From contig CM000155.2 in assembly GCA_000004695.1 (NCBI GenBank), forward strand, positions 32,001 to 96,000: 64,000 nucleotides of DNA, given 5' to 3'. The notes under the pieces are model-generated. The model was not told the origin of the DNA, ran no database searches, and worked only from the letters and a program-made list of their open reading frames with translations. Positions 32,319-48,307 of this stretch are shown here, piece after piece. The number at the start of each line of letters is the position of its first letter. Within the stretch, counting starts at the first letter, position 1. The DNA comes from Dictyostelium discoideum. Lineage: Eukaryota. Both the position numbers and the translations under genes were made by a program.

Positions 32319-32400
32319 CTCTTGGGAATAAACTAAAAATAACACTTGTTTAACAACACAACTTTTTTTTTTTTATTTTATTTAATTTTTTTTTTTTCCT

Positions 32401-32432
<32 letters not shown>

Positions 32433-33138
32433 TTGGTCTTTTTTTTTTTTTTTCATATTTTTTTTTTTTTTTTTTCATATAATTATATTTTATCAACCCA
32501 CCAATCACTTTTTTATTATTAATTTGTGTGTGTATTTGATTCAAATAATAAGTAAAAAAATAAAAAAATAAAAAATAAAAAAAAAAAAACGGTAATAGTA
32601 AATAAAATAAAAAAATAAAAAAAAAAAAAAACCATTAGTAAATAAAATAAATAATATATAAATAAATTTCAATCCATATATATATAAATAAATTATCAAC
32701 CCATATATATATATAAATTTTTTTTTTTAAAAAAAAATAAAAAACAATTTATTTTATTTTCCTTTTTTTTTACATATTTTTTTTTTTTTTTTTAAATTTT
32801 TTTTTTGCGTATACTGTCCTTTGATGACAAGTATTGAAAACCCCATATCACAAAATATCTATTATTTTGTTATTGTACCATTAATTTGTTTTGCAATTTA
32901 TTGGGTGTTTTCATTTAGAAAAACAAAAACAACAACAACACCAGTCACCACAACAACAACCGAATCACCAATCCCAACAGAGGAAGTTGAGGAAACTAAA
33001 ACATTCAACTCATCATCATCATCATCATCATCATCATCAACAACAACAAAAAAAACACCAACAATTGAAGAATTATTAATTACTAATACTATTGATATAA
33101 ATAATAATAATAAACCAAAAAAAACTATTGAAGAAATT

Positions 33139-36100
33139 ATGTTTAATATAAAAAAGAGAAAAGAGAGTATAACAGGTATACCACCAATAAATGTTAATAG
33201 TCCACAATCAGTTCCATTGAGTGGAACATTGCAATCACCATTGATTACACCAAATTCACCAAATTTTGTTTCACGTCAATGTCCATTCAAAAAGTTTGGA
33301 TGTAGTAGTTTTTTAGTTTCAAAGGCAGAGTTTGATAATCACTTAAAGGATGACGCACAATTTCATTTACAATTGGCAGTGGAGAAATTTGATCATCAAT
33401 TTGATTTACACACACAATTGATGGCACATTTTACTGAGCAAATGGAGGATCAATTAGAGAAAACAATGAAGGTCGTACGTAATCATACAGATAGTTTAGG
33501 CGGTAATGTTCAAACCAAATTGGATGAAGGCATTGAAAAATGTATGGCTTTTGCTAAAAAGGTTGAACAACAACAACAACAATTGGCCAAAAGATTAATC
33601 ACTCAACAAATTCAAGAGAAGAAATCAACCTCTTCACCTTTAGTTAAAGGTGGTATTAGTGGTGGTGGTGGTAGTGGTGGCGATGATTCTTTTGATGGCG
33701 CAAATATATCATCAATGTCAACTAGTAAACAAGAATTACAACAAGAATTACAATCATTATCAATTAAAATGAAAAAAGAATTGACAGAATTATCCGATGA
33801 ACTATCACAAAAATTAGAACGTTCAACAGGTAATATAGATATTAAAATAAAGAGAATCGAAGGTGAAGTTAATGAAAAGATTGATAAACGTCAATTGGTC
33901 TCTACGATCGATGATTCAATTGGAAAGAAAACAGATTCCATCGGTTATACATTGGAGAGTTCAATCATTAAAAAGGTTGAAGAGAAAGAGAAAAAGAAAT
34001 CCGAACAAAATCAACTTCTCTTTGATTCAAAGATTGAATCCTTAAAAGATAAGATTAAAATCATTGAAACTCAACAATTGGATACTTCATCAGAGGTTAG
34101 AAAATTGAAATTAGAAAGTACAAGTAGTGGAAATTTAATGGCAGGTCTTAATGGTACCTCTGGTAGACCTTCATCATCTTCTCACTTTATTCCATCCTCT
34201 GTTTCTGCCGCTGCTAACAATATCAACAAGAATGAAATCATGGAAGAGGTTAAAAAGGTAGAAGAGAAACTTCAAAAGAAAATTCGTGAAGAGATTGATA
34301 ATACAAAATCTGAACTCTCAAAGGTTGAACGTTCCGTTAAAGATAATCGTAGTGAAATTGAAGGTTTGGAAAAAGATTGTAAGAATCAATTCGATAAACA
34401 AGACAATAAGATCAAACAAGTTGAGGATGATTTGAAAAAGAGTGATTCATTACTTTTGTTAATGCAAAATAACCTCAAGAAATATAATGAATTTGTTGAT
34501 AGAGAACGTGATCGTGAAAGTGAACGTTTGAAACTTCAAGATTCTATCAAACGTTTAGAACAAAATCAAAAGAAAATCGAAGCTGAAATTCAAGAAGGTA
34601 ATGAACAAGTTGAACGTGTTTTACGTGAGGAAGCTTCAATCTCACCAATTAGTTCAGTTCCAAAATCACCAATCACAACCAAACGTTCATCGATTATTTT
34701 AAATTCACCACCAATGACTTCACAACAATCATCACCAAAGATTCAAGATCTTCTCTCAAGTAGTGGTAGTAGTAGTGTTAGTGGTATAAATATTTCCTCT
34801 GAAACCGGTGAAATGGGTATTCTTTGGGAATTTGATCCAATCATTAACAAATGGATTAGATTATCAATGAAGCTAAAGGTAGAAAGAAAACCATTTGCAG
34901 AGGGTGCTCTTAGAGAGGCTTATCATACCGTTTCATTGGGTGTTGGAACCGATGAAAATTATCCATTAGGTACAACCACCAAATTATTCCCACCAATTGA
35001 AATGATTTCACCAATTTCAAAGAATAATGAGGCAATGACTCAATTGAAGAATGGTACAAAATTTGTTTTGAAACTCTACAAAAAGGAAGCTGAACAACAA
35101 GCTAGCAGAGAATTATACTTTGAAGATGTTAAAATGCAAATGGTCTGTAGAGATTGGGGTAATAAATTCAATCAAAAGAAACCACCAAAGAAAATTGAAT
35201 TCCTTATGTCTTGGGTTGTAGAGTTAATCGATAGATCTCCTTCTTCCAATGGTCAACCAATACTTTGTTCCATTGAACCATTATTGGTTGGTGAATTCAA
35301 AAAGAATAATTCAAATTATGGTGCAGTTTTAACCAATCGTTCAACTCCACAAGCATTCTCTCATTTCACCTATGAACTCTCAAATAAACAAATGATCGTT
35401 GTCGATATTCAAGGTGTTGATGATCTTTACACTGATCCTCAAATTCATACACCCGATGGTAAAGGATTTGGTCTTGGTAATCTTGGTAAAGCAGGTATCA
35501 ATAAATTCATCACCACTCACAAATGTAATGCTGTTTGTGCTCTTTTAGATTTAGATGTTAAATTGGGTGGTGTACTATCTGGAAATAATAAGAAACAACT
35601 TCAACAAGGTACTATGGTTATGCCAGATATTCTCCCAGAACTTATGCCATCTGATAACACCATTAAAGTGGGTGCAAAACAACTTCCAAAAGCTGAATTC
35701 TCAAAGAAAGATCTCAAATGTGTTAGCACCATTCAAAGTTTCCGTGAACGTGTTAACTCGATCGCATTCTTTGATAATCAAAAGTTATTATGCGCTGGTT
35801 ATGGTGATGGTACCTATAGAGTTTTCGATGTCAATGACAATTGGAAATGTTTATACACTGTCAATGGTCATAGAAAATCAATTGAAAGTATCGCTTGTAA
35901 TAGTAATTACATTTTCACTTCATCACCTGATAACACCATCAAAGTTCATATCATTCGTAGTGGTAACACCAAATGTATAGAGACATTGGTTGGTCACACT
36001 GGTGAAGTTAATTGTGTCGTGGCCAATGAAAAATATCTTTTCAGTTGTAGTTATGATAAAACTATCAAGGTTTGGGATTTGTCAACCTTTAAAGAAATTA

Positions 36101-36579
36101 AATCATTTGAGGGTGTTCATACAAAGTACATTAAAACATTGGCTTTGAGTGGACGTTATCTTTTTAGTGGTGGTAACGATCAAATCATTTACGTTTGGGA
36201 TACTGAAACACTTAGTATGCTTTTCAATATGCAAGGTCATGAAGATTGGGTACTCTCTCTTCATTGTACCGCTAGTTATCTTTTCTCAACCTCAAAAGAT
36301 AATGTCATCAAGATTTGGGATCTCTCAAATTTCAGTTGTATCGATACTCTAAAAGGTCATTGGAATTCTGTCTCAAGTTGTGTCGTAAAAGATCGTTATC
36401 TATACAGTGGTTCTGAAGATAATTCAATCAAAGTTTGGGATCTCGATACACTTGAATGTGTTTACACCATTCCAAAATCTCATTCTTTGGGTGTAAAATG
36501 TTTAATGGTTTTCAATAATCAAATCATTTCTGCTGCTTTCGATGGTTCAATTAAAGTTTGGGAATGGCAATCGAAATAA
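33139..36579 (+). CDS. mhkA: Myosin heavy chain kinase A-type protein: coiled coil, alpha-kinase domain and 7 WD40 repeats, 1146 aa from the ATG at 33139. The ORF is open in frame upstream to 32821.
   Basis: The alpha-kinase core is KPFAEGALREAYH...DIQGVDDLYTDPQIHT...GFGLGNLGKAGINKFITTHKCNAVCALLDL. The C-terminus has seven WD repeats (GH...WD). The length from MFNIKKRK is 1146 aa, which matches my recollection of MHCK A. Confidence 0.7.
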   Translation: MFNIKKRKESITGIPPINVNSPQSVPLSGTLQSPLITPNSPNFVSRQCPFKKFGCSSFLVSKAEFDNHLKDDAQFHLQLAVEKFDHQFDLHTQLMAHFTEQMEDQLEKTMKVVRNHTDSLGGNVQTKLDEGIEKCMAFAKKVEQQQQQLAKRLITQQIQEKKSTSSPLVKGGISGGGGSGGDDSFDGANISSMSTSKQELQQELQSLSIKMKKELTELSDELSQKLERSTGNIDIKIKRIEGEVNEKIDKRQLVSTIDDSIGKKTDSIGYTLESSIIKKVEEKEKKKSEQNQLLFDSKIESLKDKIKIIETQQLDTSSEVRKLKLESTSSGNLMAGLNGTSGRPSSSSHFIPSSVSAAANNINKNEIMEEVKKVEEKLQKKIREEIDNTKSELSKVERSVKDNRSEIEGLEKDCKNQFDKQDNKIKQVEDDLKKSDSLLLLMQNNLKKYNEFVDRERDRESERLKLQDSIKRLEQNQKKIEAEIQEGNEQVERVLREEASISPISSVPKSPITTKRSSIILNSPPMTSQQSSPKIQDLLSSSGSSSVSGINISSETGEMGILWEFDPIINKWIRLSMKLKVERKPFAEGALREAYHTVSLGVGTDENYPLGTTTKLFPPIEMISPISKNNEAMTQLKNGTKFVLKLYKKEAEQQASRELYFEDVKMQMVCRDWGNKFNQKKPPKKIEFLMSWVVELIDRSPSSNGQPILCSIEPLLVGEFKKNNSNYGAVLTNRSTPQAFSHFTYELSNKQMIVVDIQGVDDLYTDPQIHTPDGKGFGLGNLGKAGINKFITTHKCNAVCALLDLDVKLGGVLSGNNKKQLQQGTMVMPDILPELMPSDNTIKVGAKQLPKAEFSKKDLKCVSTIQSFRERVNSIAFFDNQKLLCAGYGDGTYRVFDVNDNWKCLYTVNGHRKSIESIACNSNYIFTSSPDNTIKVHIIRSGNTKCIETLVGHTGEVNCVVANEKYLFSCSYDKTIKVWDLSTFKEIKSFEGVHTKYIKTLALSGRYLFSGGNDQIIYVWDTETLSMLFNMQGHEDWVLSLHCTASYLFSTSKDNVIKIWDLSNFSCIDTLKGHWNSVSSCVVKDRYLYSGSEDNSIKVWDLDTLECVYTIPKSHSLGVKCLMVFNNQIISAAFDGSIKVWEWQSK

Positions 36580-36591
36580 TCTTTGTAAATT

Positions 36592-36623
<32 letters not shown>

Positions 36624-36636
36624 TAATAGTAATAAC

Positions 36637-36668
<32 letters not shown>

Positions 36669-37232
36669 TACCTTCAATTTATTTTATAAAACTATTACAT
36701 AAATATATATATATAAATATATACATCAACATCCATATTTATTACAATTAAAAATAGAAAAAAAAAAAATTTAAAAAAAATAAAAACAAATAATATTTGT
36801 AAAAAATAAATTAAAAAAAAAGAAATAAAAAAAAAAAAGTTAATATTATCTTTTTATTTGTATTTTATTACTTTATACATAACCCCACTTTTAAAAATTA
36901 AAAAAAATAAAAATAAAAAAAAAAAAAAAAAAGATATAACAAAATTGAATATTTGAATAATCTTAAGTAAAATAAATACCACATTTTCAAATTACAAAAA
37001 TTATTATTATTATTAGTTATCATAATTTCTAGGTTTTATTAATAATGATCGATTAGGTTAAATATAATTATTTAAAAAAAAATTTTAAAATATTTACAAA
37101 TAAATCCAAAAAAAAAACTATTTAAACAGGATTTTTTTTATTTTTTTTATATAAATCAAAACAATCAATAAAAATACTAATTATATAAAAAATTCATTTT
37201 ATAAAAATCTATATTAAAAATAAAACTTAAAG

Positions 37233-37619
37233 ATGATGATTAAAGCTATCCTTTTAATTTCTTGTATCTTTGCATTCTTATCAATGGGTGTTATTTCTGA
37301 CTCTAACCAAATTTCAATGTCTCAAAATCAAACATCAACATGGGATGATAAAAATACCACATTTACTGTTTGGGAAGTGATGTTGGTAAATAATTGGAAT
37401 GCAACAATTATTGACTTGACCATTACTGCAACCGCTAATTTCTTTTCTTCAAAACCAAGTGATATTTGGAATGTTGAAAAAGTTTCTGACAAAGTTTACC
37501 ATTTCCAACCATATTTAATCCAAAATGGTTTATCAACTGGTGAAAACTTCACCTTTGGTTATATCAATGAAGCTAAAACACAAGCAACATTTGAAATCTC
37601 AAACATTAAAACTAAATAA
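37233..37619 (+). CDS. Small secreted protein (128 aa) with an N-terminal signal peptide and a Dictyostelium cellulose-binding-domain-like fold
   Basis: ATG at 37233. The hydrophobic signal is MMIKAILLISCIFAFLSMG. The W/N-rich pattern TWDD..TFTVWEV..NNWNATI..IWNV..YHFQPY..GENFTFGYI resembles the slime-mould CBD / expansin-C-like module. Confidence 0.45.
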   Translation: MMIKAILLISCIFAFLSMGVISDSNQISMSQNQTSTWDDKNTTFTVWEVMLVNNWNATIIDLTITATANFFSSKPSDIWNVEKVSDKVYHFQPYLIQNGLSTGENFTFGYINEAKTQATFEISNIKTK

Positions 37620-37907
37620 ATTAATTCATCAAATTTAATTTATTTTTGTAAAACCAATTATTATTTATATTATAAAATAATAAAAATAAAAAATTAAAAA
37701 ATAAATAAATAAATTTTATTTTTAAAATTATTTCAAATTATTTTTTTTTTTTTTAAATAGATTTTTTAATTTATTAGAAAGAAATAGAAAATATATTATT
37801 TATTTTTTTTTTTTTTAAATTTTTATTTTTTATTTTTTTCCATCACAAACCAATTTATTTTTTTTTTTTTTTTTATTTTTTATTTTAATTTAAAAAATTT
37901 TTAATAA

Positions 37908-38492
37908 ATGGAAAAAAAAAAAAATTTAGAACAAGATTGTATTTTTAGAATAGTTATTATTGGATATGACTATGAGTGTGGTATAAAATCGTTATTAAAA
38001 AAGTTTACTTTGGGAGAGTTTTCACCATTTCCTGAAAGTCAGGTTGGTGTAGACTTTGATATTAAAACTATAAATGTTGATAATCAAGATATTAAACTTC
38101 AAATTTGGCCCCAAAATAAATATTTTAATGACACTTCAGATAAAAGAGATTTCCTTTACAAGGGAGCCCATGGATATTTATTAGTGTATGGATGTCATAG
38201 CCAAAAAAGTTTTGATAATCTATTAAATGATTGGATGGTTCAAATTGATAAATTTTCAAATGAATTCTCTAAAAGGAATTTAGTTTTGGTTTGTAATAAT
38301 TCTGAAACTCCTGAAACATACATGACCAAACCAAATTACCTTGTTGATTCCAATATTACCAAACAATGGGCAAATTCAAAAAATATTCCTTTTTTTGAAA
38401 TTAACCCAAAAGAGAACTTTAATGTTGATGAACCTTTTATACAACTTGCAAGGCTAATTAAAAACCAAAATTTTATTAATTCTACCAAATAG
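37908..38492 (+). CDS. Degenerate Ras/Rab-like pseudo-GTPase, 194 aa
   Basis: G1 is recognisable as IVIIGYDYECGIKSLL (cf. GDSGVGKSSLL). G3 DTAGQ is replaced by IWPQNKY and NKxD by NNSE, so catalytic and guanine-specificity residues are lost. Confidence 0.55.
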   Translation: MEKKKNLEQDCIFRIVIIGYDYECGIKSLLKKFTLGEFSPFPESQVGVDFDIKTINVDNQDIKLQIWPQNKYFNDTSDKRDFLYKGAHGYLLVYGCHSQKSFDNLLNDWMVQIDKFSNEFSKRNLVLVCNNSETPETYMTKPNYLVDSNITKQWANSKNIPFFEINPKENFNVDEPFIQLARLIKNQNFINSTK

Positions 38493-38727
38493 AAAAGTTT
38501 AATTTTCACTTCCAATTATTAAGGGTATAAATTTCCTTTAATTTCAATTCAATTTTCTCTCTTTAATTTTTTTAAATAAAAAATAAAACTATTTTGAAAA
38601 ATGGGTTTTAATGAAAAAAAAAAAAATAGTTGTATATTAAATCCTTAATGTTTTTTTTTTTTTTTTTTTATTTTTATTTTTATATTTTTTTATTTTATAA
38701 TATTTGTTTTTTTTTTTTAAAATTGAT

Positions 38728-40281
38728 TTACATATGGATTGGCTTATCGTAAGCATCCATAGCAGCTTCTTTAACAGCTTCGGATAAAGTTGGATGACCA
38801 TGACAAGTTCTTGCAATATCTTCACATGAGGCACCATATTCCATAGCTAAAACACATTCACCAATTAATTCACCAGCATTGGTACCCATAATATGAGCAC
38901 CAAGGACTCTATCAGAATCTTTAGCGGCGAGGAATTTAACGAAACCTTCGACATCATCGTTTGTTTTGGCTCTAGAGTTTGCAACGAATGGGAATCTACC
39001 AATATTGTATTGGATACCTTCTTTTTGTAATTCTTCTTCAGTCTTACCAACCCAAGCAACTTCTGGGTGAGTGTAGATAATGGATGGGATGGCACCATAG
39101 TTAACATGACCACCACCATTGTGAATTTGTTCAATGATAGCAATACCTTCTTCTTCAGCTTTGTGAGCAAGCATTGGACCACGGATGGCATCACCAATTG
39201 CGAAAATTGATGGAACTTTAGTGTTAAAGTGATCTCCAACTTCGACACGACCAGCTTTATCGGTTGGGATACCAACTGATTCAAGACCAAGACCACTAGT
39301 ATTTGGACGACGACCAACAGAGACAAGGACAGCATCAGCTTCGAGAGTACCAGTGAAACCACCAGCACCAACTTGTTCAACGGTTACAGTAACCTTACCA
39401 TCAGATTTTTTAACGACAGAGGTAACTTTAGTTTCGAGATGGAATTTCATGTGTTGTTTCTCTAATGATTTTTGGAATTTCTTTGCGACTTCACCATCGG
39501 CACCAGCAGCGATTCTATTTGTAAACTCGACAACAGTGGTTTCAGAACCTAAACGACTCCAAACTGAACCTAATTCTAAACCAATGACACCACCACCAAT
39601 GACGATCAATTTCTTTGGAACACTCTTAAGAGCTAAGGCACCGGTTGAAGAGATGATAGACTCTTCATCGATGTTAACATTTGGAAGTGATGTAACCTCT
39701 GAACCGGTTGCAATGACAATATTTTTGGTTTCGATAGTTTTAACGGAACCGTCATTTAATGTAACTTCGACAGTGTTTGGGCCAGTGATTTTACCGAAAC
39801 CTTTATCATATTTTACTTTGTTCTTTTTGAATAAACCTTCAATACCTGATGTTAAGCCACTGACTGATTTATCTTTGTATTGCATCATTGCTCCCAAATC
39901 TAATTCAACACCTGAACATTTGACACCATATTTGGACATTTTAGTGGTGGCTTCTTCATAAAGATGTGATGCATTCAATAATGCTTTTGATGGAATACAA
40001 CCAACATTTAAACATGTTCCTCCTAATTTACCTCTTTTCTCTACAACTGTAACTTTCATACCTAATTGACCTGCTTTAATACCTGCAACATAACCACCTG
40101 GTCCACCACCAATAACAACAACATCTTGTTGTTCTATTTTTTTTTTTTTTTAAAAAAAATTAATATTAATTTTATTTTTTATTTTTTTATTTTTTTCATA
40201 TTTGTTTATGATAAATAGTTGAAATTTTGATTTTTGTTAAATGAAATTAAAGTGTTAGTATATTATTTTTCTTATTTTTTT

Positions 40282-40330
<49 letters not shown>

Positions 40331-40507
40331 GCTTATAGAGTGGTGTTTTTGATCACGATATTCTCTAGTCTAAATGTTTTATTTATTTATTTTATTTTAT
40401 TTTATTATTAACAAATATTATTTAAGTTTTAAATATCAAAACCTACCAGTTGAGAAGAAACGTTGACCAAAAGTACGTAAGTTAGAAATTCTGTTAATTC
40501 TTAACAT
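38728..40507 (-). CDS. lpd: Dihydrolipoamide dehydrogenase (E3), mitochondrial precursor. Exons are 40447..40507 and 38728..40133; 488 aa.
   Basis: Exon 1 (MLRINRISNLRTFGQRFFST), a presequence-like stretch, ends at G|GTAGGT. The acceptor aaatAG at 40134-40135 joins to EQQDVVVIGGGPGGYVAGIKAGQLGMKVTVVEKRGKLGGTCLNVGCIPSK, the redox-active disulfide motif. The C-terminal HAHPTLSEA-type motif is present as CHGHPTLSEA. The intron carries a roughly 60-nt poly-T. Confidence 0.85.
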
Positions 40508-40611
40508 TTTTAATTATATTAATATTTACAAAGAAAAAAAAAAAAAAAAAAAAAAAAAAATTAGAAAATGAAAATGAAAATGAAAAAAAAAAAAAATTAA
40601 AAAAATTAAAA

Positions 40612-40653
<42 letters not shown>

Positions 40654-40789
40654 GTTTTTTGAGACACATAATTGTTTATATAATTCCCAAATTTACCAAA
40701 AGAATACCTTTGGTTTTAAAATAGAAATTTTAGCTCACGCCATAAAATCATTATTTTATCTTTTTTTAGAAATTTTATTACACCATTTG

Positions 40790-40830
<41 letters not shown>

Positions 40831-40960
40831 TGATTTTCATTTTTTTTAAATTAATTTAGTTCTCATATTTTTTTTTTTTTCATTTTTTTGATTATTATTG
40901 TTATTATTTTTTTATTTTTTTTTAAATGAAAAAGTAAAAGAATATAGCCATCAACCAAGA

Positions 40961-46028
<5,068 letters not shown>

Positions 46029-46540
46029 TTTCCAAAAAAAAAAAAAAAATAAAAATAAAAATAAATATTAAAAAAATAATTAAGAAAGTAAAAAATCAAA
46101 TTCACTTTTAAAAGGGTATCACCCAAAAAAGTTAGATTTTTAAAAACTTAATAATAAAAAAAAAAAAAAAGGTTGTGTTTTTATTTTTAAGTTTTTAAAA
46201 AACCATTATCATTAATTAAAATTATTTTTTTTAAAATTATTTTTAATGACAACCACACTGTTTTATTTTTTTAATTGTGAAAAATAAGATAGTGGGGGAT
46301 GTTGAAAAAAAAAAAAAAAAAAAAATTTTCTCCCTCTTTGTAAAATTCTTGAGTAATTTTTTTTTTGGCGCCAAAAAAAAAAAAAAAAAAAGTTTGTTTA
46401 TGTCAGACAGAGGTGGTTCCAACATGTTTTAATATAAAACGGAAGAAAAAAAAAAAAAAATTATATTTTCAAACATTTTTTTAAAGTACAAACAAAGTGT
46501 AAGTAAGAAAACAATAAAAAACAAATAAATAGGAAAAAGA

Positions 46541-46572
<32 letters not shown>

Positions 46573-46788
46573 TTATTTCTTTTTTTGGTTTTTTTGAACT
46601 CTCTCTGTGAATAAAAAATTTTTATTTTTTTTTTTTTAAAAAAAAAAAATATAAATTTTTTTTTTTTTATTTTTTTTTTTTTTAAAAAAAAAAAAAATTT
46701 CGTTTTTGTGCGTACAAACTAAAAAAATTTTTTTTTTATTTTAAATTTTTTTTTTTAGTTTTTCATAAGATAGAGATAGAAAGTTAAA

Positions 46789-48092
46789 ATGGTATGTGTA
46801 TAATTTTAAGTTTTATTAATAGAACTAATAATGATAAAGAAAAAATTAATTTGAAAATAAAAAATAATATGAGTGTTTATTATAAATAAACTCTTTTTAT
46901 TATTTAATTTTTTATTTTTTCATTTATTTATTTTTTTTTCATTATATATAAAAAAAAACTTCTTTAATGTTCTCAATTTATTAACACTTTTTTTTTTTTT
47001 TTTTTTAATTTCATTACCTTTATTTAGGCAGAAAAAGAACAAATTAAATTAGTCTTAGTTGGTGATGGTGGTGTTGGTAAAGTAAGTAAAAGAAGTTCGT
47101 AAAAAAAATAAAAAAATAAAAAAATAATAATAATAAAACATCAAATCATATTAATTTAATTCTTTCTTCTTTTTTTTAGACCACTTTTGTCCAACGTCAT
47201 CTTACTGGTGAATTCGAACCAAGATATATCCGTATGTATCCTTTTATTATTATTTTTTTTTTCTTACAAAAAAAAAAAAAAATAAAAAAAATAAGATTTA
47301 GCAATTGATCTCAAATTACAGAATATTTAATATTGGTTTATTTGGGTAGCAATATGTTTTTTTGTTAGTCAAAAGCTTATCACTTTACAATATTTAGGAA
47401 TCAAATTTTAACTGTTTTTTTTTTTTTTTTTCCTTTTTTTTTTTTCTTCAATAATATAGCAACTCTTGGTGTATCAGTCCATCCATTAATCTTCTACACC
47501 AATTTCGGTAAAATCCACTTCAATGTATGGGATACCGCTGGTCAAGAAAAATTCGGTGGTTTAAGAGATGGTTATTAGTAAGTTGAATATAAACACACTC
47601 ATCCATCATATGATCATTAACGAAATTAAATTACTAACTTTTTTATTTTTTAATTTTAATTTTTTTATTATTTTATATAGTATTCAAGGTAATTGTGCCA
47701 TTATTATGTTTGATGTCACATCCCGTATTTCATACAAAAATGTTCCAAATTGGCACTCTGATTTAACCAGAGTTTGTGAAAACATCCCAATCGTTTTATG
47801 TGGTAACAAAGTTGATGTTAAAGATCGTAAAGTCAAACCATCCCAAATTGTTTTCCATCGTAGATACAATTTATCATACTATGATGTTTCAGCCAAATCA
47901 AATTACAATTTCGAAAAACCATTCGTCTGGTTAACATCAAAACTCCTCGGTAACAAGGCTGTCACTCTCGTTCAACAACCAACCTTAAAATTACCAGAAA
48001 CCGTTCTCGATTCCAACTTAATGAGTTTATATGAAAAAGAAGTCGCTGATGCTGCTGCCCTCCCATTACCAGAAGACAATGATGACTTGTAA
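46789..48092 (+). CDS. ranA: GTP-binding nuclear protein Ran, 5 exons: 46789..46791 (ATG only), 47028..47081, 47180..47231, 47460..47577 and 47681..48092; 212 aa.
   Basis: The spliced product is [104 protein letters not shown], the canonical Ran including the acidic DEDDDL-type tail. The donors are GTATGT, GTAAGT, GTATGT and GTAAGT. Confidence 0.8.
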
Positions 48093-48307
48093 ACAAATTT
48101 AAAAAAAAAAAACAATAAAAAAAAATAATAATAATAATAATAAAGCCAACAATAAATTTCAATAATCTCAATCCACCTAAATGCATAATAAACAAAAACA
48201 AAATATATAATATATATATATATATTTATATCTAAAAGAAAAAAAAAAAAAAACAATATTAAATATTAATTTATTTCGATCATAAAAAAAAAAAAAAAAA
48301 AGTATTT

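Noticed and set aside
32350-32544. Minus ORF 32350..32544 (poly-Lys)
   Set aside because: Translation of an intergenic poly(T)/poly(A) run.
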